From assembly GCF_009834535.1 (NCBI RefSeq), contig NC_045717.1, positions 25,978,001 to 26,042,000 on the forward strand: a stretch of 64,000 bases of DNA. The letters run 5' to 3'. Positions within the stretch are counted from its first letter, which is position 1; every line of letters begins with the position of its first letter. A program made the position numbers and the translations under genes. The stretch is from Camelus ferus. Taxonomy: Eukaryota. The notes beneath the pieces were generated by a model. That model was not told the origin of the DNA and ran no database searches. It saw only the letters and a list, made by a program, of their open reading frames with translations. Below are positions 1 through 11,111 of the stretch, piece after piece.

Positions 1-1740
1 TGATTTCTCCATCAAGTCTGAACAAGAGCCTTGCTGTAAGTTTCCCCTTTCATCACTTAAATGTATCGTGCCACTTCCTTCTGGCCTGGAGAGTTCTCCT
101 GAAACATCAGCTGATAACCTTACGGGAGCTCCCTTGTGTGTTATTTGTTGCTTTCCTCTTGCTGATTTTAATATTTTCTCCTCCTCAGTTTTTGTCAGCT
201 TGATGACCGTGTTCCTGGGCGGGTTCCTCTCTGGGTTGGTCCTGTGTGGAGCTCTCTGTGCTTCCTGGACGTGGGTGACTGTTTCCTTTCCCAAGTCGGG
301 GAAGCTTTTGGTTACTACCTCTTCGAAAGTTTTCTCAGGTCCTTTCTCTCTCTTTCCTCTTTCTGGGACCCCTATAATGTGAATATGGGTGCGCTTCATG
401 CTGTCCCAGAGTTCTCTTAAGCTGTCCTCATTTCTTTTCATTCTTTCTTCTGTTCTGCAGTAGTGATTTCCACTAATCTGTCTTGTAACTCACTGATCTG
501 TTCTTCTGCCTCATTTAGTCTGTTTTTGGTTCCTTCTAGTGTGTTATTTATTTCAGTGATTTTATTCTTCATCTCTGTGTATTTTTTACATTTTCCAACT
601 CTTTGCTGAAAACTTCGCTCTGTGCATCTGTACTCCTCTTGAGTTCTCTGAACATCTTTGCCATCATTACTCTAAACTCTCTCTGATAGATTGCCTATCT
701 CCTCATCACATTTCTGCTTCTGGGTTTTCATCTTGTGCTTTGGCCTGGGAGATACTCCTCTTCCACCTCATATTGTCTGTTTTCTATTTGTAGTTCTTGG
801 CAGGTGAGTTGCATTTCTCGACCTTGGAGAGGTGGCCCTCTGTGGGAGACGTCCTGTGCGTCCCAGCAGTGCAGTCCTCTCTTGTCACCCAAGAGCCAGG
901 GTCCAGCCGGTCCCAGGGTGGAGTCTGGCCTGTGTGTGTGGACTCCTTCCACAGGCTCTGGGATTGTTGTTTTCTTGTTTCTGGTGCCCGCCCCTGGTGG
1001 ATGGGGCTTGTGCAGGTTCCCTGCAGGAGGAGCCGCCGCCTGCCCTCTGCTGGGTGGGGCTTGGTCCCGGACCTCTGGTGGGCAGGGTCCTGTCTAGAGG
1101 CCTTTGTGGCTCGGGAGGTCTGCCGACAGGTGGGGCTGTGCTCCCACCCTGTGTGGTGTTTGGCCTGTGGCTTCCGCACAGGCTGTTGGGTGGGGCTGGG
1201 TCTTGGCGCCAATGATCCAATCAAGATGTCAGCCCCCGGGAAAGCTCATGTAGATGAACACTCTTGGAATGTCCGCCACCACCTTTTACATCCCCTGGGT
1301 GAGCTGCAGCCGTCCCCTGTGTCCCCAGGAGAATTTCCAAAACCAGCAGGCAGGCCTGGCCCAGGTTCCTGTGAAATCACTGCCTCTGCCCTTGGACCTG
1401 GCGCTCACGAGATTCTGTGTGCGCTTCCCAAGAGAGTGAAGTCTCTGTTGCCCCCAGTCCCGTGGGGCTCCCGGAGCCAAGCCCCGCTGGCCCACATAAC
1501 CGCATGTCCTGGGGGCTCCTCCTCCTCCCAGTGCCCGAACCCCAGGCTGGGGAGCCTGACGTGGGGCTCAGAACTGTCCCTCCTGTGGGAGGGCCTCTGC
1601 GACTTAATCATCCTTCAGCTTGGGGGTCGCCCACCCGGGGGATATGGGGCCCCATTATATCATGAGCCCGCCCTCCTACCGTCCCGCTGTGGTGAAAGTT
1701 CTGGATTCTTTCGGGAATTGTGTCTCTGGAGGTCGTAATT
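1..1740 (-). mobile_element. LINE-1 5' portion (5'UTR plus degenerate ORF1) in a DOT1L intron, antisense
   Basis: The minus strand reads as frameshifted L1 ORF1: ATG near 771 (MRWKRSISQAKAQDEN...), A-rich coding strand, motifs such as ATTATAGGGGTCCCAGAA and ATCAGCTGATGTTTCA. About 1 kb of GC-rich L1 5'UTR-like sequence follows (772 to ~1740). The right boundary is approximate. Confidence 0.85.
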
Positions 1741-2046
1741 CTTTGGGATGTTCCACGAAAGTCCTGACACATGAAACACATGCTGTTCTGTAATTTGGTG
1801 CAACAGCTGACACCAGCTCCCTGGGGAGCACTGTGTGCTAGCTGCCATGTATCCACCACCTGCGGACGACCCGGGTTTGTAGAGCCTGAGAGAACATTTA
1901 CCACGCAGACCGTTCAGTGCGGGACTCGTGTTCATCTGTGCCTGTTTGGAAGGGCTTCCCTGTTGCTCCGCCCAGCTCTCAGTCGGGTCCCCCGCCCCCG
2001 GGCCGCCTCCTGTTAGACACTCATCATTTCTTTTTTCTCTTGATAG

Positions 2047-5000
2047 AATTGAGAGAAAAATTGCAACAATCTCCTTAGAAAGCAAATCTCCTCCCAAAAC
2101 CTTGGAAAACGGTGAGTATCCATGCTCCCAGGCGCCTCAGTCCAGGCTCACCGGGACCTGACCGGGGTGGGGCCTCCAGTTCTGCCCCAGGGTGGTGGTA
2201 AATCGGGTGGGTCTGGTTTATGGTCCACTCATAAGCCCGCCCTCCCTCACTGGTCCAGGGTCCACCCTGTCCTCCCAAGGGGCTTTCTCTCACAGGGGAA
2301 GCTTCTCTCTGGACCCCTCAGCTTCCTCCCGGCCTCACAGCCACCTCCTTTCCCATCAGGTGGCGGCCTGGCGGGAAGGAAGGCGCCACCAGCCAGCGAG
2401 CCAGTCAATAGCAGCAAGTGGAAGTCCACCTTCTCGCCCATCTCCGACCTCGGCCTGGCCAAGGCGGCCGACAGCCCGCTGCAGGCCAGCTCCGCTCTGA
2501 GCCACAACTCCCTGTTCGCTTTCCGGCCCAGCCTGGAGGAGCCTGGCTCGGCCGACTCCAAGCTGGCCACCCACCCCAGGAAGAGCTTCCCAGCTGCCCT
2601 GCCGGGGGCAGGCGGGCTGAGCCCCAGCAGCCATCCTGCCAGTGGCTTCGCGCTGGGCGGGGGCCTGGCGGCCGACCTCAGTTTACACAGCTTCAGTGAT
2701 GGTGCTTCTCTCTCCCACAAGGCCCCTGAGGCGGCTGGTCTGGGCGCCCCCCTGAGCTTTTCTGGCCCGCGGGGCAAGGAGGGCGGTGCCTCGGAAACTG
2801 GCCCCTTCGTGAACAAGAGGCAGCTGGACGGACTGGGCCCGAAGGGTGAGGGGGGCCTGCCCTCATGCGGGCCCCCGGACAAGGCCTCATTGGCCCACAG
2901 CAAGGCGGGCAAGGCTCGTGACCGCGAGCCTGACGTCAAGAATGGCCACAACCTGTTCATGGCCGCGGCCGCCGCGCCCCCCGGGGGCCTCCTCAGCAGC
3001 CCGGGCCTCGCCCCGGCAGCATCCTCGGCGGGCAGTGCAGCCCCGGCCACCCAGGCTCACCGCCCCTTCCTGGGCGCCTTCGCCCCCGGCCCGCAGTTCG
3101 CGCTGGGCCCCATGTCCCTGCAGGCCAACCTGGGCTCGTCCGTGCTGCAGTCTCTGTTCAGCTCCGTGCCCGCCGCTGGCCTGGTGCACGTCTCGTCCGC
3201 CGCCACCAGACTGACCAACTCGCACGCCATGGGCAGCTTCTCCTCCGGGGTGGCCGGCGGCGCAGTTGGAGGTAGGCAGTGCCCTCCCAGCCAGCTGGGT
3301 CCCAAGGGACCTGCTGGGGGGTCAAGACCTGGGGCGCACACTCTCGCCAACGCCCTCCGGGACTGCTGGGTTTAACCACTGCTGTTCGCAGGTTCCCTTC
3401 CAGGCCCCTAATGGGGGAGAGGCCACGCCCGCGTATCCCTTTGGGTCCACTTTGCACCCGCCACCTCGTTCCTTTTCACCAAACGCAGATGTGACTGTCG
3501 TGTGGGCAGAGCACTCAGGCGTGAGTCGGCCTGTGCCAGGCTCTCTGGCTTGACGGCATCCCTCTTGCTTCTAGGGGAGCCGGCACCGTGACCCGGGCTC
3601 TCCTTCCTCCCCGTGGAGGTCACCTGTCAGGCTTGACGCAGCCTAGGCTCCAGGCAGCCTTGGGCTGGCGCTGGGGAGGACGGGGGGCCGTAGTGCCCGC
3701 CGCACACACCATGGCTCGTTCAGGGGTGGAGAGGAGCCACAGGGCCGGGCCCTTCGCCCCCGGCTCCTTGCTGGGCACAGGCGGGGAGACCCTGACTCGC
3801 ATCTGGGAGCCTGGGGTGGGGGTGTGGCCCGGAGCCGCGTGGCAGGTAAGTCCAGCGCCTGCCCCTGCTGCCTGCTGCTTCGCCCTGCACCTGTGACGCA
3901 CGCGGAGCCACAGCTGCCATCCGCTCCTTTTTGTGCGCGCTTCTCTTGCTTGACTGGAGATGCCCACCTGTTGAAGCTGAGTTTTTCTCTCCTGTTTGCA
4001 GGTGTCTTTAACCACGCGGTGCCTCCCGCCTCCGCTCATCCGTTTGGAGCCAGTTTCGGCAGTGGGGCTGCGTGTCGCAGCGCCACGCTGAGCTTAACCC
4101 CGCTGCAGGCGGTGTCCAGCACCCCAGCCTCTTCCTTTCAGGCCCCGTCCTCTGCGGAGCCGAGGCCGCCCCTGCCCCCTCCGCACCTGGGCCGGCCCCC
4201 TCCGGGGCAGCCCACCCTCCACGCACCCCCCCCTCCTAACGCCGCCTTGCCTCCTCCCCCCGCGCTGCTCCCGGCTAACTCTGAGCCTGTGCTTCTGCAG
4301 AACCTCGCGCCCCTCCCGGCTAACCAAGCTTTCTTACCTGCTTCCTCTGCTGCCTCTCTGCCACCTGCTAACACCTCTCTATCCATCAAGCTCGCCTCCC
4401 TCCCGCACAAGGCGTCCCGCCCCCCCTTCACGGTGCACCGCCAGCCCCTGCCCGGGCTGGCCCTGGCCCAGGCCGCGCCCGTGATCCCGCAGGCCAGCTC
4501 CACGGGGCCACCCGCCGTGTGGGTTTCCCTTGGCATGCCGCCTCCGTATGCCGCGCGCCTTGCGGGGGTTAAGCCGCGATAAAGACCTTGATTAGCTAGC
4601 AGTTCGTATTCTGTAAGGTAAGGCTAGAGCCCGACCAGGCGGCTGTATGAGAAACTGAACCGTCCTTCCTTCTGCAGAGAGCAGGCGGGCCCGCGGGGCT
4701 GCTCTCCTGCGGCGGGAGGTGCAGACGCCAAGAGCACAGGGAGGCAAGGGAGCCATGGCGGCCTGAGCATGCCACCAGGAGCCAGGGAGGGGCCCAGGAG
4801 GAGGTGGACGAGCCCAGCTTGAGCTGGCCGCCACCCTCAGGCTTGGTGTCTGCAGCAGCTGGGGACCCAGGCAGCTCCAGTGTGGGTTCGTGGGGCAGCT
4901 TAGCTTCCATCCCAGCTTGGCCTTCTGTACACTCTTGGGCCTTTCAGCCCGTCTCCTTGAACGCGCCTTGTAGGGTTTTAGGAAAATTCAATGCATTTAA

Positions 5001-6047
5001 GGCCCCTGGTACACAACAGGCCTTCAAAAAGCAGTGGTCATCTGCAAAACTCTGCTAGAGGTCCCTGCCTGCAGGAGCCGAGGGGTAGCAGAGTGAGCCT
5101 GGCACCAGCTGTGGGAGGAACACCCGGCTGGTGGGCAATGCTTTGCAGGCATGGCCGTGGCACAGCTCCTCCCACTTCTGAGCGTGCCTGTGCATTAGGA
5201 CTTCTGTGCGGGGTCAGCGGAGAACAGCGTCGGATGGGCCCACTCTGGGGAGCTGGATGGGGCAGGGGCCTGCAAGGCCTTCAGGGAGGGTCCCGGTCGG
5301 CTCCTCTGCTGGCTTTGAGGCAGGGTTAGGGGGCTGAGCCCCGGTGCAGCTGGCCTGGCCACTGCTGGGACAGGGGCCTTCCTGGGAGAGCCCACAGTCC
5401 CGAGGGCTGACTGGGTGCCAGGGCCAGGCTCAGGGTCTGCCTGCCGTCCGCAGCCGTCTGTCGTGTGTTTTAAGTGGAAACACACGTGAGGCTCCAGGGG
5501 AGTCTGATGGCCTCCTGACCAGGGTACAGGTCAGCGGACAGCCTTCCCTGAGGCTTGGGATGGGCTATGCCTCAGTCCTGTTGGACAAGCCCAGAAGGTA
5601 GGGCGCCTAGTGCACGGTGGCCTCACGCCCTCAGGGCAAGCATCACGTGGCCGGTACCAGCTTGGCATGGGTGGATGTGCACGTGGAGGTCAGGGTCAGG
5701 CCACAGCAGACACGGGCGTGCAGGCGTGTCGGTGAGGCTGCCTGCAGGCCATCCAGGAGCAGTGCCCAGCTTGGTGACCAGGGAGGGTCTTGGTTCCAAG
5801 GCTCCTGGGGAGGAGGGGAGGCCAGGACCCAGCCAGCACCCCACATGCGCTCGGGAGGGCCTGGGGACAGGGATCTCCTGCCTCTGACTGGGCCAGGGGC
5901 ATGGTGCAGGGTCCTACAGCCACCCGGTTCATCCATCTGTCCGTCTGTAGGCGGCTCTGGTTCCCCAACCTGGGGCAGCACCGGGCTTGTCCGAGTGAGG
6001 CGCTAACGCTGTACTGCTTCCTCCCACGCGTCTCTGCAGGTAACTAG
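2047..6047 (+). CDS. DOT1L: DOT1L histone H3K79 methyltransferase, last coding exons (5' part outside window), short C-terminus isoform ending ...GGN*
   Basis: Exons 2047-2111 (IERKIATISLESKSPPKTLEN), 2360-3271 (GGGLAGRK...SSKWKSTFSPISD...TRLTNSHAMGSFSSGVAGGAVG) and 6040-6047 (GT AAC TAG). All have AG/GT boundaries and consistent phase, and match the recalled human DOT1L C-terminus. Confidence 0.96.
4002..4582 (+). CDS. DOT1L: DOT1L alternative exon encoding the long proline-rich C-terminus (GVFNHAVPP...AARLAGVKPR*)
   Basis: Strong acceptor (tttttctctcctgtttgcag) at 4001, phase-compatible with exon 2360-3271. The 192-codon ORF ends at TAA 4580-4582 and matches the tail of the long human isoform. 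Confidence 0.92.
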
Positions 6048-8335
6048 GATTCCTACCTCAGCCGCGAGACTATGCAAGGCCGGGCCGGGCCGGCGAACGG
6101 ACGGAGGCCAGAGACAGGTTCTACTGTGAATCAGCGCTGCGCAGACCTGCGGAGACGTCTTGCTGGGGCCTGGCTCCAGCCTGTACTGTTGATAGTTTTA
6201 GATAAAGTATTTATCGTTTTTTAAAAAGTATAAACAATTTTGACTTATTTTATTCCACCGAAGTCGTAAAGGCAACCTATTGAGAGATGTAAATACTATA
6301 TACGAGAGGATCTATGTAAACACGCTCCCGAAGGACTGGCCCGCCAGCGGAGACGCCGACAGCCGGCCCGGTGCTATCTCGTCCCAGGCTCGCGCCTCCA
6401 CGTTCTTGGTGCTGACTCTCGAGGTTGACCGACGCCAAAACCAGCCCTGGGAGCGTCTGCTCTATTTATTCCTGCCGCTCTTCCTATACCAAAGGCACCC
6501 GTCTCCAGGTCGAGGTGGCTCCTCAGAAAGGCCGCCCGCCCATCACTGTGAACGGCGCCCAGCAGACAGTCAGCCCTCGGGTCCGGGATCGCGCCTTTGG
6601 CATAGGAACGGCCAGGCAGCGCGGGCCGTTGGGCTGCGGTGGTGGAGCCTCCAGGAGGGGCCCCGTTCTGAGTGGTGCTTGTGAGGAGGGTCTGGTACCC
6701 GATTCCAGGGCCGGGCTGGCTCGTGTGACAAGTGCATTTACTTTTGTACGTCTTTGTTCGTCCTGGGCTCGTGCTGCAGCCCGCCCAGGGACGCAGGGGG
6801 CTAGTTGTGGGTGCCGGGTGTGTCTACAGGAGCGTCACGCTGACGGGTGACAGTATTTTATAGAGATGTGATGAAAATTTATAAATTTCATAGACTTGAC
6901 TTCATTTATTTTTAGATTATATGATGAATGCACAGTAAACTAAAGAGAAAAAGGGAGACAAGGAAGGGGAACCTTTCCATCTGCTCAGGTGCACAGCGAC
7001 GCTGGCCCAGGGCCCGCCCGACAGCCCATGGCAGGGCGGCACTCACCTGGGCTGATGGCCACGGCAACGCTCGGGCAGGAGTGTGCCAGGGCCGCAGGGT
7101 GCTCTGTCCCTCCGGCACGGCTGCCTGCGGCCAGTAGTAGGTCCCTGGGCTGAGCAGTGTTGTCTGTGTGCCTCCCCAAAAAGCTCTCGGTCCCCTGAAA
7201 GGGCCAACGTTGGCCAAAGGTGCTGGCAGGGGGCCTGGACCCCGAGGTGGGTGCCCCAAAAAGGGCTGGGCGCAAGCGGTCAGAGCCCTGTCCTAAGGTG
7301 CTTGCCCCCAAGCGGCACCCACAAAGGAGTGCAGGAGGTGGGCCTTTGTGTGGGGATCCAACCAGGGCCTTCCCTAGCCTGGCCGCCATGACCCCACCCG
7401 CTCCAGATGCGGGCACCAGGGGCCCTCCACCTGCCTGGGACAGTCAGTGTGGTGGCCCAGGCCCCACCTGGCTTCCTGATCCCCAGGGCAGGTGTGGAGC
7501 TGGAGACCCTGTGGGATGCAGGCCACAAGGGCCAGAGCAGGACAGCATCCTGCCCCCTGGTGTCCTCTGCACTCTTGCGGGGCAGGAGTCTAGGGTGGAG
7601 ACTATGCCTCCCCTCCAGTGACCCGCACCCCGTACCCTTCCCTCCAGGTCGGTGCTCCCGATGCACAATGGTGCTGTCCTGGCCCCTGGCCCCCCAGCCC
7701 CCCTCCAAGAGGCTCCCTTCCCCGTGTCGGGCTCCCTAAAAAGCTGCAGGGCTGAGAGAAGTCCCACCTGGAACAAAGTGACACTGTACACAAACACTGC
7801 ATCACCTCGGGGGCTGTGTGGCCGCCCGCCGGGCCGCCCTGTCCTCCGCACGCACATGCGTGGGTCTGCCCCACAGCGGGCCCAGCTCCGCCGCTGCCCC
7901 CTCGCCCACCCTCGCTCCCCGCCTGAGCTCAGCCACCGCCGGCCTCGGGAGGGGGGTGCCCAGGGCGCCGGGGCAGGAGACCCCACCGCCGCTGTTGGCG
8001 CAGGTGCTCCAGGAGGTCTGACGGCTGCGGTCGCTTCGCTCAGGAAAACCTAACAACTAAGACGACCCTCCAGTCAGGAGGAGCAGCCTCCCCTCAGCTC
8101 TGACTTGTGACCTATTTAAGACCCACCGCCCCTTGTCTGCCCCGCCGTCCGCAGGACTGTTCGGTTTCCTTCCCAAGCCCCCGTCCCCACGCTGATCTGT
8201 AGCGCAGACGGGCTTGGCTTTGTCGTCCAGTAGCTTGTTGTTTCAGCGGGGGCGCTGCCCCTCCCTCCCTGAGGGAACCCCTGCACTGCACTTCCACCTC
8301 TGGACTCTAATAAAATACCTGTTTTCACTTGAACC
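6048..8335 (+). other. DOT1L: DOT1L 3'UTR (end inferred)
   Basis: Follows TAG 6045-6047 and contains AU-rich islands at ~6181-6330 and ~6850-6960. The first canonical AATAAA I found on + is at 8309. Confidence 0.7.
8309..8314 (+). terminator. DOT1L poly(A) signal AATAAA
   Basis: Canonical hexamer followed by U/GU-rich sequence, about 2.3 kb after the stop. Confidence 0.7.
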
Positions 8336-8803
8336 TGGTCTGGTGTCAGCATTCCTTCCTGGTGGTGACACTGCCAGGCCCTGGAGAGCCAGGGGGTCCC
8401 GGGCTGTGTGGGGGAGGGGGCCGCGCCTGGCAGAAAGGAGGAGGGATGCCCCCAGCTCAGGGGGACCCAGCCTTGCACCTGACTAGGTCAGGCCCATCCA
8501 GGGCAGCCAACTTCTTGATTAACTGAAACCAGCTGATCACGGACTTTAACACCACCTGCAAAATCCTTCCCAAGGCCCCACCTGCACTCAGACAGGCCTG
8601 TGAGCACCAGAGACCCTGTGGGGTGGGGCCCTCCTCCCTGCCTTTCCTATCTCTGGATTCGAGGCCTCCCCTACTCTGTTTGGGTGGCCTAGCCCCTTCC
8701 TCCCACCAGCCTCACTGCCCTTGGGGGCCGGCTTTGATGGTGTGGCGCCGCCGGCCTGCGGAACACTCGCTGTACCACCATCCCCGTGTGGAAAAGAGGT
8801 ACT

Positions 8804-8809
8804 TTTATT
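8804..8809 (-). terminator. PLEKHJ1 poly(A) signal AATAAA
   Basis: TTTATT on +, about 500 nt downstream of the PLEKHJ1 stop on the minus strand. Confidence 0.75.
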
Positions 8810-9311
8810 TGAACAGAACAAACTGGCCGCCCCAAGGGCAAACCTTCCAGCTCTGCCCAGAGGCGTCCGGCCAGGGCCTGTCCCTTCAGTAAGGGAATTC
8901 ACAGCGGCCCCAGCGCGGCCCCACGCCCTTCACAGCTTCATCTCACTTTGTACATTCAGCCTGCACGGGGCAGGGGAGCTACGCCAGCCTCAGGCGCCCA
9001 CCAGGCCAGGATGGACACTCCCAAGGGAGTGGGCACAACTCCTGGGAGTGGACACTCACCCCCTGACAGCAGCATGTGACACCGAGGTGCCAAGCCAGCC
9101 CAGAGGGCCCCAGTGCATCTGGAGACGGCTTGCTGGGCCGTTACTCCAAAAAGGCAGCCCTGCCCATTCTCACCGTTCTCGGGCTTTTGAAGTCTTTAAG
9201 CCAAGGTGCCTCCCACCACAAATCCAGGCTTGGCCAGGAAAGTCAGGGCCAGTGAGGGTGGGGAGGGCTCACTCCCGCCCAGCAGGGAAGCCAGGGAGCC
9301 CCACCAGGGAC

Positions 9312-11111
9312 TCACGCCTTCAGGCCGCTCAGCTGGAACCTGGCCTCCCCCGATATGCCGAACTGCTCCAGGGGGTCCTGTGTGGGGGGACAATGGGCAG
9401 GGCGGGTGAGCCCACACCCAGGAGGCCCCCAGCCCGGCCCGCGCTCCACCCCCACCCCACTGCACACCTTGCCTGTCATCTTCTGCAGCTCGTTCCTGTA
9501 AAAGATGAGGCTCCTCCGCATGAACTCGTAACTGCGGAGGAGAGCGGTGTGAGCCCCCAGGGCCCTGCTCTGCCCCAGACCCCCAGGCCGGCCCGCACCC
9601 TACCTGGCTCGACGCAGAGCTCCCATCCACTCCTGACACTGCTCCTCGCTGCAGCACTCAAAGTGGTACTTCCTCTCGGGATCCTCCAGGAAGCCTGCAG
9701 AGGGAGCAGCCCCATGGGTCCCCGCTCACTCCCACCTTCTCATGCCCCAGGCCTCTGCTTCCTCTTGCTACTGTCCACAACTGTCCCCTCCTCCAACTCC
9801 AGCCTGAGCTCACTGCTTCCCACCAGCTGGCTGTCGGCTGAACTGGGTCCCCTCAAAACACATTTAAGTCTTAAAACATGTAAGACATTTTCTGAGACTA
9901 TTACTCTTATCTGGTTGCAGGTCACTGCCGACCTGAACACTTAAAGTGAGGTCACGCTGGAGTAGGGTGAGCCTCTAACCCCAAAAGGCCTGGTACTCTT
10001 AGGAAAAGTGAAACGTGACACAACCACACAGGGGAGAGTATCTCATGAAGATAGAGGCAGAAGTGAGCTTCCACAAGACAAGAAACGCCAGAGGTGGGCA
10101 GAAACCCCCCAGAAGGTGGCAGAGAGCACGCGGAGCAGGTTCTCCTTCAGAAGGAACCAGCCATGAAGAAACTGATGTCGGACTGAGAAAAGTAAGTTTC
10201 TGCTGTTCAAGCCCTCCAGTCTGTGGCACTTTCTTCCAGCCCCCTCCCCACCCCGGGCAACTAGTAGAAGCTCCATCTTCCCCTGCAGACTCCACCCTCT
10301 CAAGACGACCCTGGAAAATCCTCCCAGTCCCCCGGCACTGGGCCCTCCCTGCTCGCAGGAGAAACAGTTACAGCTAAGCACCCCAAAAGGGCAGCGCTCC
10401 CCAAGCAGACAATGGCGGTATTTGGGGTTGCAGCTAGTAAGTGGCTTGGATGGGTGTGCTTGGCCTGGGCTTCAAGGGGAGGAGGGAGCACGAGTGGGGC
10501 AGCTTGGGACACTGGATTCAGTCTGTCGGGACAAAAGTGGGGCGGGCGGGGCCAGGCGGCACTCACTGATGGAGAAGCCGCTGGGCTCTTCCTGGGTGAT
10601 TCTGCAATGCTCCAGCAGCAGGGCTCCGACGGGCTGGGGGCAGACAGGCGCATGGAGGCGGGTGCACGGGACCAGCCAGCCTTCCAGCCCCGCCCCCCGA
10701 TTCTAGTTTCCCCCCTGCCCCGCCCCCAGTCTCTAACCCTGGCCCCGCCCCCAGTCTCCGCCCCCGACTTCCGACCCCGGCCCCGCCCACGACTCCGACC
10801 CCTCAACACCCGCAGCGGCCCCGACCCCCGCCCCGGCCCTCCCTACCGCCCTACCTCCGCCTCATCCGTCCGGAAGTAAAAGAGGAAATTGACCACCAGC
10901 TTCACCAGCCGCCGCTTCACCACTGCGGGCATAAGGCGGGCTCACACGGGCTCGGCGACTACCCACCCCCGCCTCCCGGCCGCCCGCCCGCCCACTCCGG
11001 CGCCCAGGGCCGCTCACCGCTGCCCTTCTTGGGGCCCCGCATACCCAGCTCGGCCGCCATCTCGGCCGGCTGCCGGGACAGTGCCTGCAGTTCCTTCTCG
11101 TTATAGCGCAT
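9312..11111 (-). CDS. PLEKHJ1: Pleckstrin homology domain-containing family J member 1, 149 aa, 6 exons
   Basis: complement(join(9312-9377, 9468-9531, 9604-9694, 10567-10633, 10855-10922, 11018-11111)) = 450 nt. All introns are GT-AG. The protein MRYNEKELQALSRQPAEMAAELGMRGPKKGS...DPLEQFGISGEARFQLSGLKA matches human PLEKHJ1. Confidence 0.97.
9895..10270 (+). mobile_element. MaLR solo LTR (MLT1-type) in PLEKHJ1 intron 3
   Basis: GAGGTCACGCTGGAGTAGGGTG...AGAAGGAACCAGCC...TTTCTGCTGTTCAAGCC...GTCTGTGGCACTTT resemble the MLT1 consensus. Confidence 0.75.

Noticed and set aside
797-1738. 313-aa + strand ORF
   Set aside because: It lies on the antisense strand of the GC-rich L1 5'UTR, has no recognisable domain and has no splice support.
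3272-3375. Read-through of the DOT1L exon ORF (2122-3375) past the donor
   Set aside because: Homology stops at the GAG|GTAGGC donor. The extension and the upstream part (2122-2359) are intronic open frame.
6038-6047. CAG|GTAACT at the last DOT1L exon resembles a recursive splice site
   Set aside because: The GT is explained by a split Gly codon (G|GT), as at the 2360 and 4002 acceptors. The intron is short and I found no compelling downstream acceptor.
8721-9944. 407-aa + strand ORF antisense to PLEKHJ1
   Set aside because: It probably starts at a non-ATG codon, has low-complexity GC-driven composition, and overlaps real minus-strand exons and UTR.
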